Assembly (NCBI GenBank): GCA_965238075.1
Contig: OZ250173.1
Location: 3,168,001 to 3,232,000 of the forward strand
Length of the DNA: 64,000 nt
From: Candidatus Entotheonellaceae bacterium
Lineage (GTDB): Bacteria > Tectomicrobia > Entotheonellia > Entotheonellales > Entotheonellaceae
Direction of reading: 5' to 3'
Below, piece by piece: positions 1 to 9,548 of the stretch; the first letter of the stretch is position 1, and each line of letters opens with the position of its first letter. The position numbers and the translations under genes were made by a program. The notes beneath the pieces were generated by a model that was given only the letters and a program-made list of their open reading frames with translations, searched no databases and was not told where the DNA came from.

Positions 1-466
1 CGGCCGTCTTGGCGCGCGCCCTCAGCGTTACCAATTCATTGTCGTACGTGGTAATGGTCGACTTGAGTTGCTGCACCTTTCCTTGCAACTGGATGACCAT
101 GTTGTTTTGATGTTCGGCGTCCTTGGACAACGCCGCGGCGCGTTCACTGGCCGTCTCCCGTTGCGTCAGGGCTTGCGTTGCCAAGCGTTCCGCCTCAGCC
201 GCGTCGAGTTGACCGTCGTTCCCCCGTTGCAAAAGCAGCATGGCCTTGCGTTCGTACTCTCCGGACTGTCGTTTGGCGTCCTCCGACTCCTTGCCCAAGC
301 GAATCGCAATTCCTTTGACCTCTGCCAGCCCTTGCATGGCGCCTTGTAGATCAGTCTTAAGGTCACGGATGCCCTGCTCGGTCAGCTTGATCGGGTCTTC
401 GAGCTTGTCAACGATGTTATGGGCCTGCGCCTGCCCTACCTTGAATAGCCTGGCGAAAATACTCAT
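1..466 (-). CDS. PspA/IM30 family protein (runs off the left edge)
   Basis: Hand translation from ATG at 466: MSIFARLFKVGQAQAHNIVDKLEDPIKLTEQGIRDLKTDLQGAMQGLAEVKG..., the typical PspA N-terminus (KLEDP) followed by coiled coil. Not in the ORF track. Confidence 0.85.
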   Translation of the reverse strand, partial: MSIFARLFKVGQAQAHNIVDKLEDPIKLTEQGIRDLKTDLQGAMQGLAEVKGIAIRLGKESEDAKRQSGEYERKAMLLLQRGNDGQLDAAEAERLATQALTQRETASERAAALSKDAEHQNNMVIQLQGKVQQLKSTITTYDNELVTLRARAKTA

Positions 467-489
467 GACGTGATCTCCCCGTGTTGACG

Positions 490-882
490 CTACTGATGGC
501 TGAACCCAATCAGTTCCGCGGCGTTTTCAGCCAAGGCCAGACTCAGGGCCTCAACCGTGCCTTCCACCTCATTCAGGTCGAGATTGGCAAGCTGCAACGT
601 ATCCCGAAACAGCACCCGCCTGCCCTCTTCGTCCAGGACAAACGCCCCATGGACCAGGGTGCGATTCATCTGCAGCAAGCGCTTGAACATGTCGCCAGGA
701 TGCCCCGGAACTTCCATGATCAGCTGCTCAAAAATCAGCACCGGGTCCTCGCAATCGATTACCAGGTTCTTGATCCCGCGTTCTTCGTCATCGACCACGA
801 GAATGCCCTCCGGTGGATCCTCGTTCACGATGGAAAGCTGAAGCTCCTGCACGAACGCTCTAACGTCGTCAAAATCAGCCAT
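490..882 (-). CDS. YbjN/YjfI-like (CesT-type chaperone fold) protein
   Basis: Acidic 130-aa protein with LLQMNRTLVHGAFVLD...FRDTLQLANLDLNE; lies directly upstream of the pspA homolog, as yjfI does for yjfJ. Confidence 0.7.
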   Translation of the reverse strand: MADFDDVRAFVQELQLSIVNEDPPEGILVVDDEERGIKNLVIDCEDPVLIFEQLIMEVPGHPGDMFKRLLQMNRTLVHGAFVLDEEGRRVLFRDTLQLANLDLNEVEGTVEALSLALAENAAELIGFSHQ

Positions 883-984
883 CAAAAATCCCCTCTCAAC
901 CTACGGTTGTCGCCAACCTGCTTCTACGCAAATCGAAAGTGCAATTGTAACAAAAGGTACCGCCACAGACGGCTTTGGCTGGGG

Positions 985-3855
985 TTATTCAGACGCGACG
1001 GCCTCCCACAGCACCTCAACCAGATGGCGTGCCGTTCGACCGGTCGCATGATGGATTTGCTGCCGGCACGAAATGCCGTCCGCCACGATCTCCACGTCAG
1101 GCTCGGCGCCCTCTACCGCCGGGAACAGGCGCTGCCTGCCGATGTCCATCGACAGGTCGTAATGCTCCGCCTCGTAGCCGAACGAGCCGGCCATGCCGCA
1201 GCAGCCCGAGGCAATTTCTTCCACCTCGTAGCCCGACGGCAGCCGCAACAGGGCCAGCGTCGGCGCCGTGCCGACCAGCGCTTTCTGATGACAATGGCCA
1301 TGCAACAACAGACGCTTGGGGGCATCGGTGAACGTGAGGTCCAGTTCATCGCGTTGCTGAAGCTGATGGAGAAACTCGTCGATGCTGATGGCGTGATCCG
1401 CCACCAGTTGGGCATCAGGTCCGGGTACCAGATCCAGGTAGTCGTCCCGCAGCGTCAGGATGCAACTGGGCTCGACACCGATGATCGGCATGCCTTGCCG
1501 CGCATAGGGCGCCAGCAGGGCGATGTTGTAGCGGGCATATTCGCGGGCCTGCTCCAGGCGGCCCTTGGAAATCGCCGGACGGCCGCAGCATTTGCGCGCG
1601 ACCAGCAAGACCTCGTAACCGGCGGCCTGCAGCAGATTTGTGGCGGCTTGGCCAACCTCGGGCTGATTGTATTCCATAAACGTATCGTGAAACAGCACGA
1701 CTGTGCCCCGCTTGCCATTGCGGATCTGGGGCTGCTGGGCGTGGAACCAACTGCTGAACGTCTCGGACGCGAATGCCGGCAGCGTCCTCTGCGCAGCCAA
1801 CCCGAGACGCCCTTGCAGCCATTTGGCCAACGGCTGCCGGGCCAGCCGGTTCGAGACCGGCGCCAAGAGATGCCCGAGCCGGTTTACCGTCGCGATGTTG
1901 GCGAAAATTCTTGACCGCAGCGGCATGCCGTGGCGAGCGTAGTAGTGGCTCAGCATCTCATACTTCAACTTGGCCATATCCACGTTCGAGGGGCATTCCG
2001 TCTTGCATGCCTTGCATTCGAGGCACAGGTCGAGCGTGTCGTACATGGCCTTGCTGGTGAATGCCTCTTGCGGCACGCGGCCGGAGAGCACTGCCCGCAG
2101 GGCATTGGCGCGCCCGCGGGTTGAGTGCATCTCGTCGCGTGTGGCCATATACGACGGGCACATCGTTCCCTCGCTGAGTTTGCGACAGGCACCGTTGCCG
2201 TTGCACATGTCGATGGCGGTGGCAAACCCGCCGTCACGGGTGAAGTCGAGGTTGGTTTTGAATTCAATGGCGCGGTACGCCGGCCCGTGGCGCAGGTTTT
2301 CCGTCGGCGCCGGTCCGTCCACCACCTTGCCGGGATTCATGCGGTTGTCCGGGTCAAAGGCGCGTTTTACGTCTTTGAACGCTTTGTAGAGTGTCGGGCC
2401 GAAATGCTTCTCGTTGAGCCAACTGCGGGCCAGGCCGTCGCCATGCTCGCCGCTCATGCAGCCGCCGAATTCGATGACGAGGTCGCTGATCTCACGCATC
2501 ATGTCAACCATCTTGTCGACACCGTCCTGGTTCTTGAGATCGATGCCGGGCCGAATGTGCAGGCAACCGACGCTGGAATGGCCGTAATAGCCGGCGGTGG
2601 TGTCGTGGTCGGCGATGACCTGGCGGAAGCGCCGCAGGAATTCCGGCAGCTTGGCCGGGTCGACCGCGGTGTCCTCGACGAACGCGACGGGCTTGCGCGC
2701 CTCGCGGGTACCCATCAGAATCCCCAGGCCCGCCTTGCGCATTTTCCAGACGTCGGCCTGCGCCGGCGCCGTCAATGCGGGTGAATAGGCGTAGCCCCAC
2801 TTCTGCCGCCGCAGACTTGCTTCCAGTTGTTCAACCTTGTCGGCGACCTCCTGCGGCGAGTCGCCATAAAACTCTGCGATGACCAGGGCATCCGGTTCTC
2901 CCTGCAGGAAAGGCAGCCGTCCGGCGAATTCCTTGGCGGCGCGGGCGCCCTCCACGATCTTCCGGTCGACCATTTCGATGGCCGACGGCTCGTAGGGCAG
3001 AATCGCTTCGGTGGCTTCTACCGCCGCAATCAGGTCGTCGAAATGGGTGACCAATACGGCCGTGGCCTGCGGCCGAGGCATGATGCGCACCTTGGCGGCC
3101 GTGATCACGGCCAGCGTGCCCTCCGAGCCGACGACCATCTTGGCGAGATTCGTTGGCGCGTCGGTGATGAACTCGTCCAGGTTGTAGCCGCTTACCCGGC
3201 GCAGCAGCTTCGGATAGCGTTCCAAAACGGCGTCCCGGTTGTCCTGGGCGATGCGTAACACGTCTCGATAGATACCGGCTTCCAGCGTGTCCTCACGGAT
3301 GATCTGCTCAACGACCGCTTTCTCGACGGGTTTGAACAGCGCCGTGCTGGCATCGGAGAGCACCACCTTGAGTTCGAGGACGTGGTCGATTGTCTTGCCG
3401 TAGAGAATGGAACGCGCGCCGGCCGAGTTGTTGCCGATCATCCCGCCTATGGTGGCGCGGCTGCTGGTCGAGGTATCGGGCCCGAATAAAAACCCATGTG
3501 GCCGCAGGTAGGCATTGAGCTGATCCTGCACCACACCCGGTTGCACCCACGCCCACTGCTCCTCGGTGTTCAGCTCCAGCACTTGGTGCATGTAATTGGA
3601 CATGTCGAGAATGACCGCCCGGCCCACGCTCTGCCCAGCCAGCGCCGTGCCGCCGCCGCGCGGCAACACCGGAACGCCATGCTGCAGGGCCACTCGCACC
3701 GTCGCCTCGACGTCATCGGCGTGGCGGGGTATCACCACGCCCAACGGCTCGATCTGGTAAATGCTGGCGTCGGTGCTGTACAGCAGGCGGGTGAACGTGT
3801 CGAAACGCACCTGCCCGTCGATGTGTTTCTCCAAGTCCCGGCGTAATTCGTCCAT
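985..3855 (-). CDS. FAD-linked oxidase / Fe-S-binding oxidoreductase (YdiJ/GlcD-GlpC fusion type)
   Basis: YSTDASIY, RGGGT, GEHGDG and NPGK FAD-oxidase motifs; CNGNGAC and CLECKACKTECP ferredoxin motifs; CCG domains. Start moved to MDELRR. Confidence 0.9.
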   Translation of the reverse strand: MDELRRDLEKHIDGQVRFDTFTRLLYSTDASIYQIEPLGVVIPRHADDVEATVRVALQHGVPVLPRGGGTALAGQSVGRAVILDMSNYMHQVLELNTEEQWAWVQPGVVQDQLNAYLRPHGFLFGPDTSTSSRATIGGMIGNNSAGARSILYGKTIDHVLELKVVLSDASTALFKPVEKAVVEQIIREDTLEAGIYRDVLRIAQDNRDAVLERYPKLLRRVSGYNLDEFITDAPTNLAKMVVGSEGTLAVITAAKVRIMPRPQATAVLVTHFDDLIAAVEATEAILPYEPSAIEMVDRKIVEGARAAKEFAGRLPFLQGEPDALVIAEFYGDSPQEVADKVEQLEASLRRQKWGYAYSPALTAPAQADVWKMRKAGLGILMGTREARKPVAFVEDTAVDPAKLPEFLRRFRQVIADHDTTAGYYGHSSVGCLHIRPGIDLKNQDGVDKMVDMMREISDLVIEFGGCMSGEHGDGLARSWLNEKHFGPTLYKAFKDVKRAFDPDNRMNPGKVVDGPAPTENLRHGPAYRAIEFKTNLDFTRDGGFATAIDMCNGNGACRKLSEGTMCPSYMATRDEMHSTRGRANALRAVLSGRVPQEAFTSKAMYDTLDLCLECKACKTECPSNVDMAKLKYEMLSHYYARHGMPLRSRIFANIATVNRLGHLLAPVSNRLARQPLAKWLQGRLGLAAQRTLPAFASETFSSWFHAQQPQIRNGKRGTVVLFHDTFMEYNQPEVGQAATNLLQAAGYEVLLVARKCCGRPAISKGRLEQAREYARYNIALLAPYARQGMPIIGVEPSCILTLRDDYLDLVPGPDAQLVADHAISIDEFLHQLQQRDELDLTFTDAPKRLLLHGHCHQKALVGTAPTLALLRLPSGYEVEEIASGCCGMAGSFGYEAEHYDLSMDIGRQRLFPAVEGAEPDVEIVADGISCRQQIHHATGRTARHLVEVLWEAVASE

Positions 3856-3907
3856 ATCCCTCTGTCCTCGCGATAAAATGCGTTGTCGATCAGCGCGTCC
3901 TGGGCGG

Positions 3908-3936
3908 TTGCAAGTACAATAGGCATGCCGTAGGAT
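3908..3936 (+). promoter_or_regulatory. sigma70-type promoter for the lysW operon
   Basis: TTGCAA-17 bp-TAGGAT, about 60 nt upstream of lysW. Confidence 0.5.
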
Positions 3937-3994
3937 TTTCGTCGCCTTTGAGCGTAGAACCTGAACCATAGCATATTGTTGAGGGAGAAAAAAA

Positions 3995-4159
3995 ATGACA
4001 TCGTGCCCGGAATGTGAAGCGGATGTCCCAGTGGACAACAATCTTGAGACAGGCGAAATCATCCTGTGCGAGGAGTGCGGCGCCGAGCTGGAAGTGATCA
4101 GCGAAGACCCGCTGAAACTTGCCCTGGCGCCCGACGAAGAAGAAGACTGGGGAGAATAG
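3995..4159 (+). CDS. lysW: Amino-group carrier protein LysW (54 aa)
   Basis: Hand translation MTSCPECEADVPVDNNLETGEIILCEECGAELEVISEDPLKLALAPDEEEDWGE: two CxxC, C-terminal EDWGE, GGGAG RBS. Below the ORF-track size cutoff. Confidence 0.97.
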   Translation: MTSCPECEADVPVDNNLETGEIILCEECGAELEVISEDPLKLALAPDEEEDWGE

Positions 4160-4168
4160 GACGCACAC

Positions 4169-5014
4169 ATGCTTGTTGGGATACTGTGTTCTCGCATCCG
4201 GGTTGAGGAAAAGCTCTTGTTTGAGGCGCTCAAAGCCCATGGCACGGCCTACGAAAAACTCGATGATCGGACCTTGATTTTCGACCTGCACGATCCCGCC
4301 CCATTCCGCAAATACGACCTCATCCTCGAACGTGCCATCAACCACTCGCGCGCCTACTACGCCCTCCACATGCTCAACGACTGGGGCATCAAGACCATCA
4401 ACACCGCCCACACCGCCCGCGTCTGCGGCGACAAGCTCCTCACCACGCAGGCACTACGGCAGTACAACCTGCCGGTGCCCCGCAACTTGGTCGCCTTTAC
4501 CCCGGAATCGGCTCTGGAGGCCATCGAACAACTTGGCTATCCCGTCGTTCTCAAGCCCTGCGTCGGTTCGTGGGGTCGCTTGGTGGCGAAGATCAACGAC
4601 CGGCAGGCGGCGGAGGCGATACTTGAGCACAAGCAGATTCTGGGGTCGTATCACCATTCGATCTACTACATACAGGAATATGTCGACAAGCCGGGCTACG
4701 ACATTCGCTCTTTTGTCGTCGGCGACGAAACGATCTGCGCCATCTACCGTACCTCCGACCACTGGATCACCAACACGGCTCTGGGCGGCAAGGCGTCGAA
4801 CTGCCCCGTCACGCCGGAGATTGATGCGCTGTCGCGCGCTGCGGCGAAGGCCGTCGGCGGCGGCATGCTGGCGGTCGACCTGCTGGAAACACCAGACGGC
4901 CTGTGGGTGAACGAGGTCAACTACACCATGGAGTTTCGCAACAGCATCGACACGACCGGCGTCGACATCCCGCGCAAGATGGTCGAGTACATTCGCCAAG
5001 AGGCTTCGGCATGA
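4169..5014 (+). CDS. lysX: Alpha-aminoadipate--LysW ligase (RimK/ATP-grasp family)
   Basis: [31 protein letters not shown]; immediately follows lysW. Confidence 0.93.
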   Translation: MLVGILCSRIRVEEKLLFEALKAHGTAYEKLDDRTLIFDLHDPAPFRKYDLILERAINHSRAYYALHMLNDWGIKTINTAHTARVCGDKLLTTQALRQYNLPVPRNLVAFTPESALEAIEQLGYPVVLKPCVGSWGRLVAKINDRQAAEAILEHKQILGSYHHSIYYIQEYVDKPGYDIRSFVVGDETICAIYRTSDHWITNTALGGKASNCPVTPEIDALSRAAAKAVGGGMLAVDLLETPDGLWVNEVNYTMEFRNSIDTTGVDIPRKMVEYIRQEASA

Positions 5015-6060
5015 GCCGCCTTAGGGTTGCCGTGGCGGGAGGCTCGGGCTACATCGGCGGCGAGTTGGTGCGGCTGCTCCTACAGCATCCGGCGGTGGAG
5101 CTGACGCAGGTCACCTCGGAAAGCCAGCGGGGTAAATTCCTGCACCAGGTACATCCCAACCTGCGCCAGCAGACACGCCTTAAATTCATACGCATGGACG
5201 AGTTGCAGGGTTGCGACATTCTCTTCTTCGCCCTCCCCCACGGCATGACCCAAAGCCGTCTGGAAACCCTGCAAGCGCTGAGCGACCGAATTATCGATCT
5301 GAGCAGCGACTTCCGGTTGCGCGACCCGCTGCTGTACAAGACCTGGTATGGGCACGATCATGCCTGTCCGGAACGATTGTCGTCATTCGTCTACGGCATT
5401 CCCGAACTGCACCGCGACGCCATCGCCGCCGCGACCCACGTCAGCGGCGCGGGCTGTCTGGCCACCGCCACCCTGCTCGGCCTTTATCCCCTTGCCCGTG
5501 CCGGCCTGCTGGCCCCGGAGGCGCCGATTGTCGTCGAAGCCAAGGTCGGCTCCTCGGCTTCCGGCAACAAGCCCAGCCTCGCCTCGCATCACCCGGAACG
5601 GCACGGCGCCGTGCGTTCCTTCAAGCCCACGGGTCACCGCCACACCGCCGAAATCATCCAGGAGTTGAGCGGCAGCACACCGCTGTCGGTTCACTTTTCG
5701 GCAACCGCCATTGAGATGGTGCGCGGCGTACTGACCACCTCACACGTTTTCCTGGACCCGCCGCTGCGCGAGAATGATATCCGCAGCCTGTATCGCGAGG
5801 CCTACAAGGACGAGCCGTTCATACGCCTCGTGAAGGAAAAACAGGGGGCGTACCGCTACCCGGAGCCGAAAATCCTCAGTGGTTCCAATTTCTGCGACGT
5901 CGGCTTTGAGAGTGACCCGCACAGTGGCCGCGTGGTCGTCATCTCCGCCCTGGACAATCTCGTCAAGGGCGGCGCCGGCAACGGCGTTCAGGCGATGAAC
6001 TGCATGCTGAGTCTTGAGGAAACCACCGGGCTGACCTTTCCCGGGCTGCATCCGGTATGA
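5011..6060 (+). CDS. lysY: LysW-aminoadipyl-phosphate reductase (ArgC family)
   Basis: [35 protein letters not shown] overlap with lysX. Confidence 0.92.
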   Translation: MSRLRVAVAGGSGYIGGELVRLLLQHPAVELTQVTSESQRGKFLHQVHPNLRQQTRLKFIRMDELQGCDILFFALPHGMTQSRLETLQALSDRIIDLSSDFRLRDPLLYKTWYGHDHACPERLSSFVYGIPELHRDAIAAATHVSGAGCLATATLLGLYPLARAGLLAPEAPIVVEAKVGSSASGNKPSLASHHPERHGAVRSFKPTGHRHTAEIIQELSGSTPLSVHFSATAIEMVRGVLTTSHVFLDPPLRENDIRSLYREAYKDEPFIRLVKEKQGAYRYPEPKILSGSNFCDVGFESDPHSGRVVVISALDNLVKGGAGNGVQAMNCMLSLEETTGLTFPGLHPV

Positions 6061-6166
6061 GGGGTGGCGGAGCGGACCGATTGGTTTTTTTACGGCAGCA
6101 ACGAGATGGGTTTCCGATGTTGCTTTGCATCCAAGCGCACAGATGCCAAGAGAGGAGCTTTCTGCG

Positions 6167-6358
6167 ATGCAAACCGTAAAGTTCGTCTATTGGGAAGAGG
6201 ACGGAGCGTGGATTGGCTATCTCCAGGATTACCCCGATTATTGGACCCAAGGTGAGATGCTGGATGATCTCCGGGAACACCTGCGGGACATTTATAACGA
6301 CGTGACCAACGGGGAGTTGACTGGCATCTGTAAGTTCGATGAACTAGTCGTGCCATGA
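6167..6358 (+). CDS. Short HicB-like antitoxin
   Basis: WIGYLQDYPDYWTQGEMLDDLREHL resembles short HicB proteins; AGAGGAG RBS. Confidence 0.7.
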   Translation: MQTVKFVYWEEDGAWIGYLQDYPDYWTQGEMLDDLREHLRDIYNDVTNGELTGICKFDELVVP

Positions 6359-6446
6359 AACGAGTCGATCCGCTTCGGCCAACGCGGGAATCGCTCGGTT
6401 GCCAGGTGGTAGATGATATTATTCGCCCTGCTAGGGAAAGGAGTAG

Positions 6447-6749
6447 ATGGGAGTGAAACGGCCAAACGAGTGCAGGGACATGCAGGACATTCGCACGGAG
6501 ATTGACAGAATCGATAGAGAGGTCATCGCGCTGATTGGCCAGCGCTTTCAATATGTGCAGGCTGCGGCACCGTTCAAAACGAGCGAAGCGACCGTAAGGG
6601 CTCCAGGACGTTTCCAGGCGATGCTACAGCGACGCAGACGCTGGGCGGAAGAAGAAGGTCGCGCTCCAGATGCCATTGAAAAAATGTACAGTGACCTTGT
6701 GAACTACTTTGTTGAGGAAGAATTGAGGACGTGGAAGAAAGAGGCCTGA
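6447..6749 (+). CDS. Isochorismate-pyruvate lyase / AroQ chorismate mutase (PchB-like)
   Basis: DIRTEIDRIDREVIALIGQRFQYVQAAAPFK...APGRFQAMLQRRRRWAEEEG pattern. Confidence 0.8.
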   Translation: MGVKRPNECRDMQDIRTEIDRIDREVIALIGQRFQYVQAAAPFKTSEATVRAPGRFQAMLQRRRRWAEEEGRAPDAIEKMYSDLVNYFVEEELRTWKKEA

Positions 6750-6848
6750 GGGGAGTATCCCTAACACAACGCAGCGTTGGGGTTGACCACGAGCGGCTGT
6801 CCTCATCTTGCGTTGTACTAAATCTCATTTTGCGATACTGTCCATTCC

Positions 6849-7136
6849 ATGCACGTTATCTCTCGCAAAGCGCTACGTGAATTTTGGCAACAGCACTCCG
6901 ACAGCGAAAGCGCCCTTTCTCGCTGGTTTAAAATCATGCAACGCAGTGACTTCAACAGTTTTGATGCCTTGCGTATGACCTTCCCATCCGCCGACAAGGT
7001 GGGAGACTTGATCGTATTCAACATTGGAGGCAACAAATATCGCCTCATCTCGTCCGTCCATTTCAATCGCGGCAAGGTGTACATTCGTCACTTGCTCACC
7101 CACCGTGACTACGAACGAGAAACGTGGAAACGATGA
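6849..7136 (+). CDS. higB: HigB toxin
   Basis: MHVISRKALREFW...FPSADKVG...FNIGGNKYRLI...LTHRDY. Confidence 0.9.
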   Translation: MHVISRKALREFWQQHSDSESALSRWFKIMQRSDFNSFDALRMTFPSADKVGDLIVFNIGGNKYRLISSVHFNRGKVYIRHLLTHRDYERETWKR

Positions 7137-7531
7137 CCGCTATCACACAAGACATTCATAACCACTGGCCCGCGATTAGCCCGCTCTTGGCCGTTCGTAA
7201 TGAGCAAGAATACGACTTGGCCGTCGAACGGCTCAACGGCCTGCTTGATGAAATCGGCACCAACGAGCAGCACCCCCTTTACGCGCTGTTGGATATCCTG
7301 GGCACTGTGCTCCATGCCTATGAGGAAAAATACCATCCCATGCCGGAGTGTAGTGGGGCGACCATGCTTAGCTTCCTTATGGACGAACACGGCCTGACCC
7401 AATCAGACCTGCCAGAGGTCGGTTCGCAAGGGGTCGTCTCGGAAATCCTGCATGGTAAGCGCGAACTGAATGTCAGGCAGATTCGAGCCTTGGCAAAACG
7501 GTTTAACGTATCGCCAGCGGTGTTCATTTAG
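7124..7531 (+). CDS. higA: HigA antitoxin (HTH)
   Basis: LMDEHGLTQSDLPEVGSQGVVSEILHGKRELN HTH; overlaps higB. Confidence 0.9.
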   Translation: METMTAITQDIHNHWPAISPLLAVRNEQEYDLAVERLNGLLDEIGTNEQHPLYALLDILGTVLHAYEEKYHPMPECSGATMLSFLMDEHGLTQSDLPEVGSQGVVSEILHGKRELNVRQIRALAKRFNVSPAVFI

Positions 7532-7554
7532 GTTCCCTTCCTTAAGGAAACGTC

Positions 7555-8358
7555 ATGCTCGTTGTAAAAGTCGGCGGCGGCGAGGGCATTCCCATCGATG
7601 CCGTTTGCCAGGACGTGCGGGATCTCACGCAACAGGGTGAGCGGCTGATTCTCGTGCATGGTGCCAGCCATGAGACGAACGTGCTCTCCGCGGCTCTGGG
7701 CAAACCGCCGCGTTTCGTCACCTCGATTTCGGGCATGCAGAGCCGCTACACCGACCGCGAGACGCTGATGCTGTTTTGCATGGCCTACGTTGGCAAGCTG
7801 AACAAGCTGTTCGTCGAGCGCCTGCAGCAGCTTGGGGTCAACGCCGTCGGACTGTGCGGGGCCGATGGCCGCAGCATGGAAGGCACGCGCAAGGCGGCCA
7901 TCAAGGTCGTCGAAGACGGCAAACGCCGGGTGCTGCGCGACGACTTCACGGGGCGCGTCGAGCGGGTCAACATCGGCCTGCTCACCCTGCTTCTGGACAA
8001 CGGCTACACGCCGGTGCTGTGCCCGCCTGCGTTGAGTTACGAAAGCGAGATCATCAACGTCGACGGCGACCGCGCTGCCGCCGTTCTGGCGGTTGCCTGC
8101 AAGGCTGAAACCCTGGTCCTGTTGTCCAACGTGCCGGGCCTGCTGCGCGACCTCGACGCCGCCGATTCACTTGTCCGGTGCGTTGAACGAGACCAGCTTG
8201 AGGCTGCCATGGATATCGCCCAGGGACGCATGAAAAAGAAGATCATGGGCGCGAGAGAGGCGCTGGAAGGCGGGGTCGGCACGGTCATTCTGGGCGACGC
8301 CCGATTGGATCAACCCATCCGGCGGGCGCTGCAGGAGTGCGGCACGGTATTGCGTTGA
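7555..8358 (+). CDS. lysZ: LysW-aminoadipate kinase (ArgB family)
   Basis: VVKVGG, VHGAS, SRYTD, NVDGDRAAA, GRMKKK. Confidence 0.92.
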   Translation: MLVVKVGGGEGIPIDAVCQDVRDLTQQGERLILVHGASHETNVLSAALGKPPRFVTSISGMQSRYTDRETLMLFCMAYVGKLNKLFVERLQQLGVNAVGLCGADGRSMEGTRKAAIKVVEDGKRRVLRDDFTGRVERVNIGLLTLLLDNGYTPVLCPPALSYESEIINVDGDRAAAVLAVACKAETLVLLSNVPGLLRDLDAADSLVRCVERDQLEAAMDIAQGRMKKKIMGAREALEGGVGTVILGDARLDQPIRRALQECGTVLR

Positions 8359-8369
8359 GGGGAATGGAC

Positions 8370-9548
8370 ATGATGGACCGGGTGCAGGACATTGAGGAAC
8401 GCTATTCAACCGGCGTGTACGCCAAGCGCGGCGTGACGATCGTGCGCGGCGAGGGCACCCGCCTGTGGGACGCCGAGGGCACTGAATACATTGACTGCGC
8501 CAGCGGTATGGGCGTGGCCAGCGTCGGGCACGCGCATCCCAGGGTGGCGGAAGCGCTGGCCCAACAGGCGCGGACGCTCATTACCTGCCCCGAGTTGTTT
8601 TACAACGACCGCCGCGCTGATCTGCTGGAGAAGCTGGCTGCCGTCACCCCACCTGGCCTCGATCGCATCTTTTTATGCAACTCCGGTACCGAGGCGATTG
8701 AAGGCGCCCTGAAATTCGCTCGTGCCAGCACGGGAAAGAACGGCGTCGTGGCCGCCACCCGGGGTTACCACGGCCGCACCCTGGGTGCCTTGGCGGCAAC
8801 CTGGGACCCGAAGCATCGCGAGGTGGCCAGCCTGTTGCCCGAGGGCTATCGGCACGTGCCCTACGATAAGCTGTCGGCCCTTGAGGAGGCGTTGGACGAC
8901 GATACCGCCGCGGTTCTCCTGGAGGTTGTGCAGGGCGAAGGCGGCGTGCGTCCGGCGAGCGCGGACTACTTGCAGGGCGCCCAGACGCTTTGTCGCCACC
9001 GGGGCGTTCTGTTGATCATCGACGAAGTCCAGACGGGCTTCGGACGCACCGGGAGGTTCTTCGCCTGCGACCATTACGGCCTGGAACCGGATATTCTCGC
9101 CATGGCCAAAGCGATGGCCGGCGGGCTGCCCATGGGGGCCTTCGCCATCAGCGAACGGGTCGGTCAAATGCCAAAGGGGCTGCACAGCTCGACGTTCGGC
9201 GGCAATCCCCTCGCCTGCGCCGTCGCTGCCGCCGTGATCGACATCCTGCAGGAGCAGCGCCTGCCCGAGCACGCCGCGGAGACCGGTCGATACTTTGCAG
9301 ACAGCCTGCGCGCCATGCAGGCGCCCCAGGTGCGCGCCGTGCGCGGTCTCGGCCTCATGATTGGCATGGAACTGAAAGAGAAAGTCGCGCCGCATTTGCG
9401 CGCCCTGATGGCGCGCGGCGTACTGGCGTTGGCGGCCGGCGCCACGGTGCTGCGGTTTTTGCCGCCCCTGACGATCAGCCGCGACGAGGTCGATATGGTG
9501 GTAACGCAGGTGGCGGACGTTCTCGGCGCTGGGAAGGGACAGAAATAA
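8370..9548 (+). CDS. lysJ: LysW-aminoadipate-semialdehyde transaminase (class III PLP enzyme)
   Basis: [38 protein letters not shown]; start could be 8364-8373. Confidence 0.9.
   Translation: MMDRVQDIEERYSTGVYAKRGVTIVRGEGTRLWDAEGTEYIDCASGMGVASVGHAHPRVAEALAQQARTLITCPELFYNDRRADLLEKLAAVTPPGLDRIFLCNSGTEAIEGALKFARASTGKNGVVAATRGYHGRTLGALAATWDPKHREVASLLPEGYRHVPYDKLSALEEALDDDTAAVLLEVVQGEGGVRPASADYLQGAQTLCRHRGVLLIIDEVQTGFGRTGRFFACDHYGLEPDILAMAKAMAGGLPMGAFAISERVGQMPKGLHSSTFGGNPLACAVAAAVIDILQEQRLPEHAAETGRYFADSLRAMQAPQVRAVRGLGLMIGMELKEKVAPHLRALMARGVLALAAGATVLRFLPPLTISRDEVDMVVTQVADVLGAGKGQK

Noticed and set aside
481-1914. Long alternative-frame ORFs (also 9164-11089, 27478-28965, 43877-45613, 60788-62038 and many others)
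   Set aside because: Antisense or shifted shadows of well-supported genes in high-GC DNA; no recognisable motifs.
3988-3995. Poly-A run between the lysW RBS and ATG as a phase-variable switch
   Set aside because: The run is short and gives normal RBS spacing; no evidence of variation.
8990-9547. ORF-track N-terminal extensions of asnS (likewise for the FAD oxidoreductase, lysY, the crotonases, hsp20 and the DUF35 gene)
   Set aside because: They overlap upstream genes and lack family similarity; downstream starts have an RBS or translational coupling.
3995-9548. Amino-group-carrier secondary-metabolite cluster
   Set aside because: No NRPS, transketolase or tailoring genes; the content matches primary LysW lysine biosynthesis.
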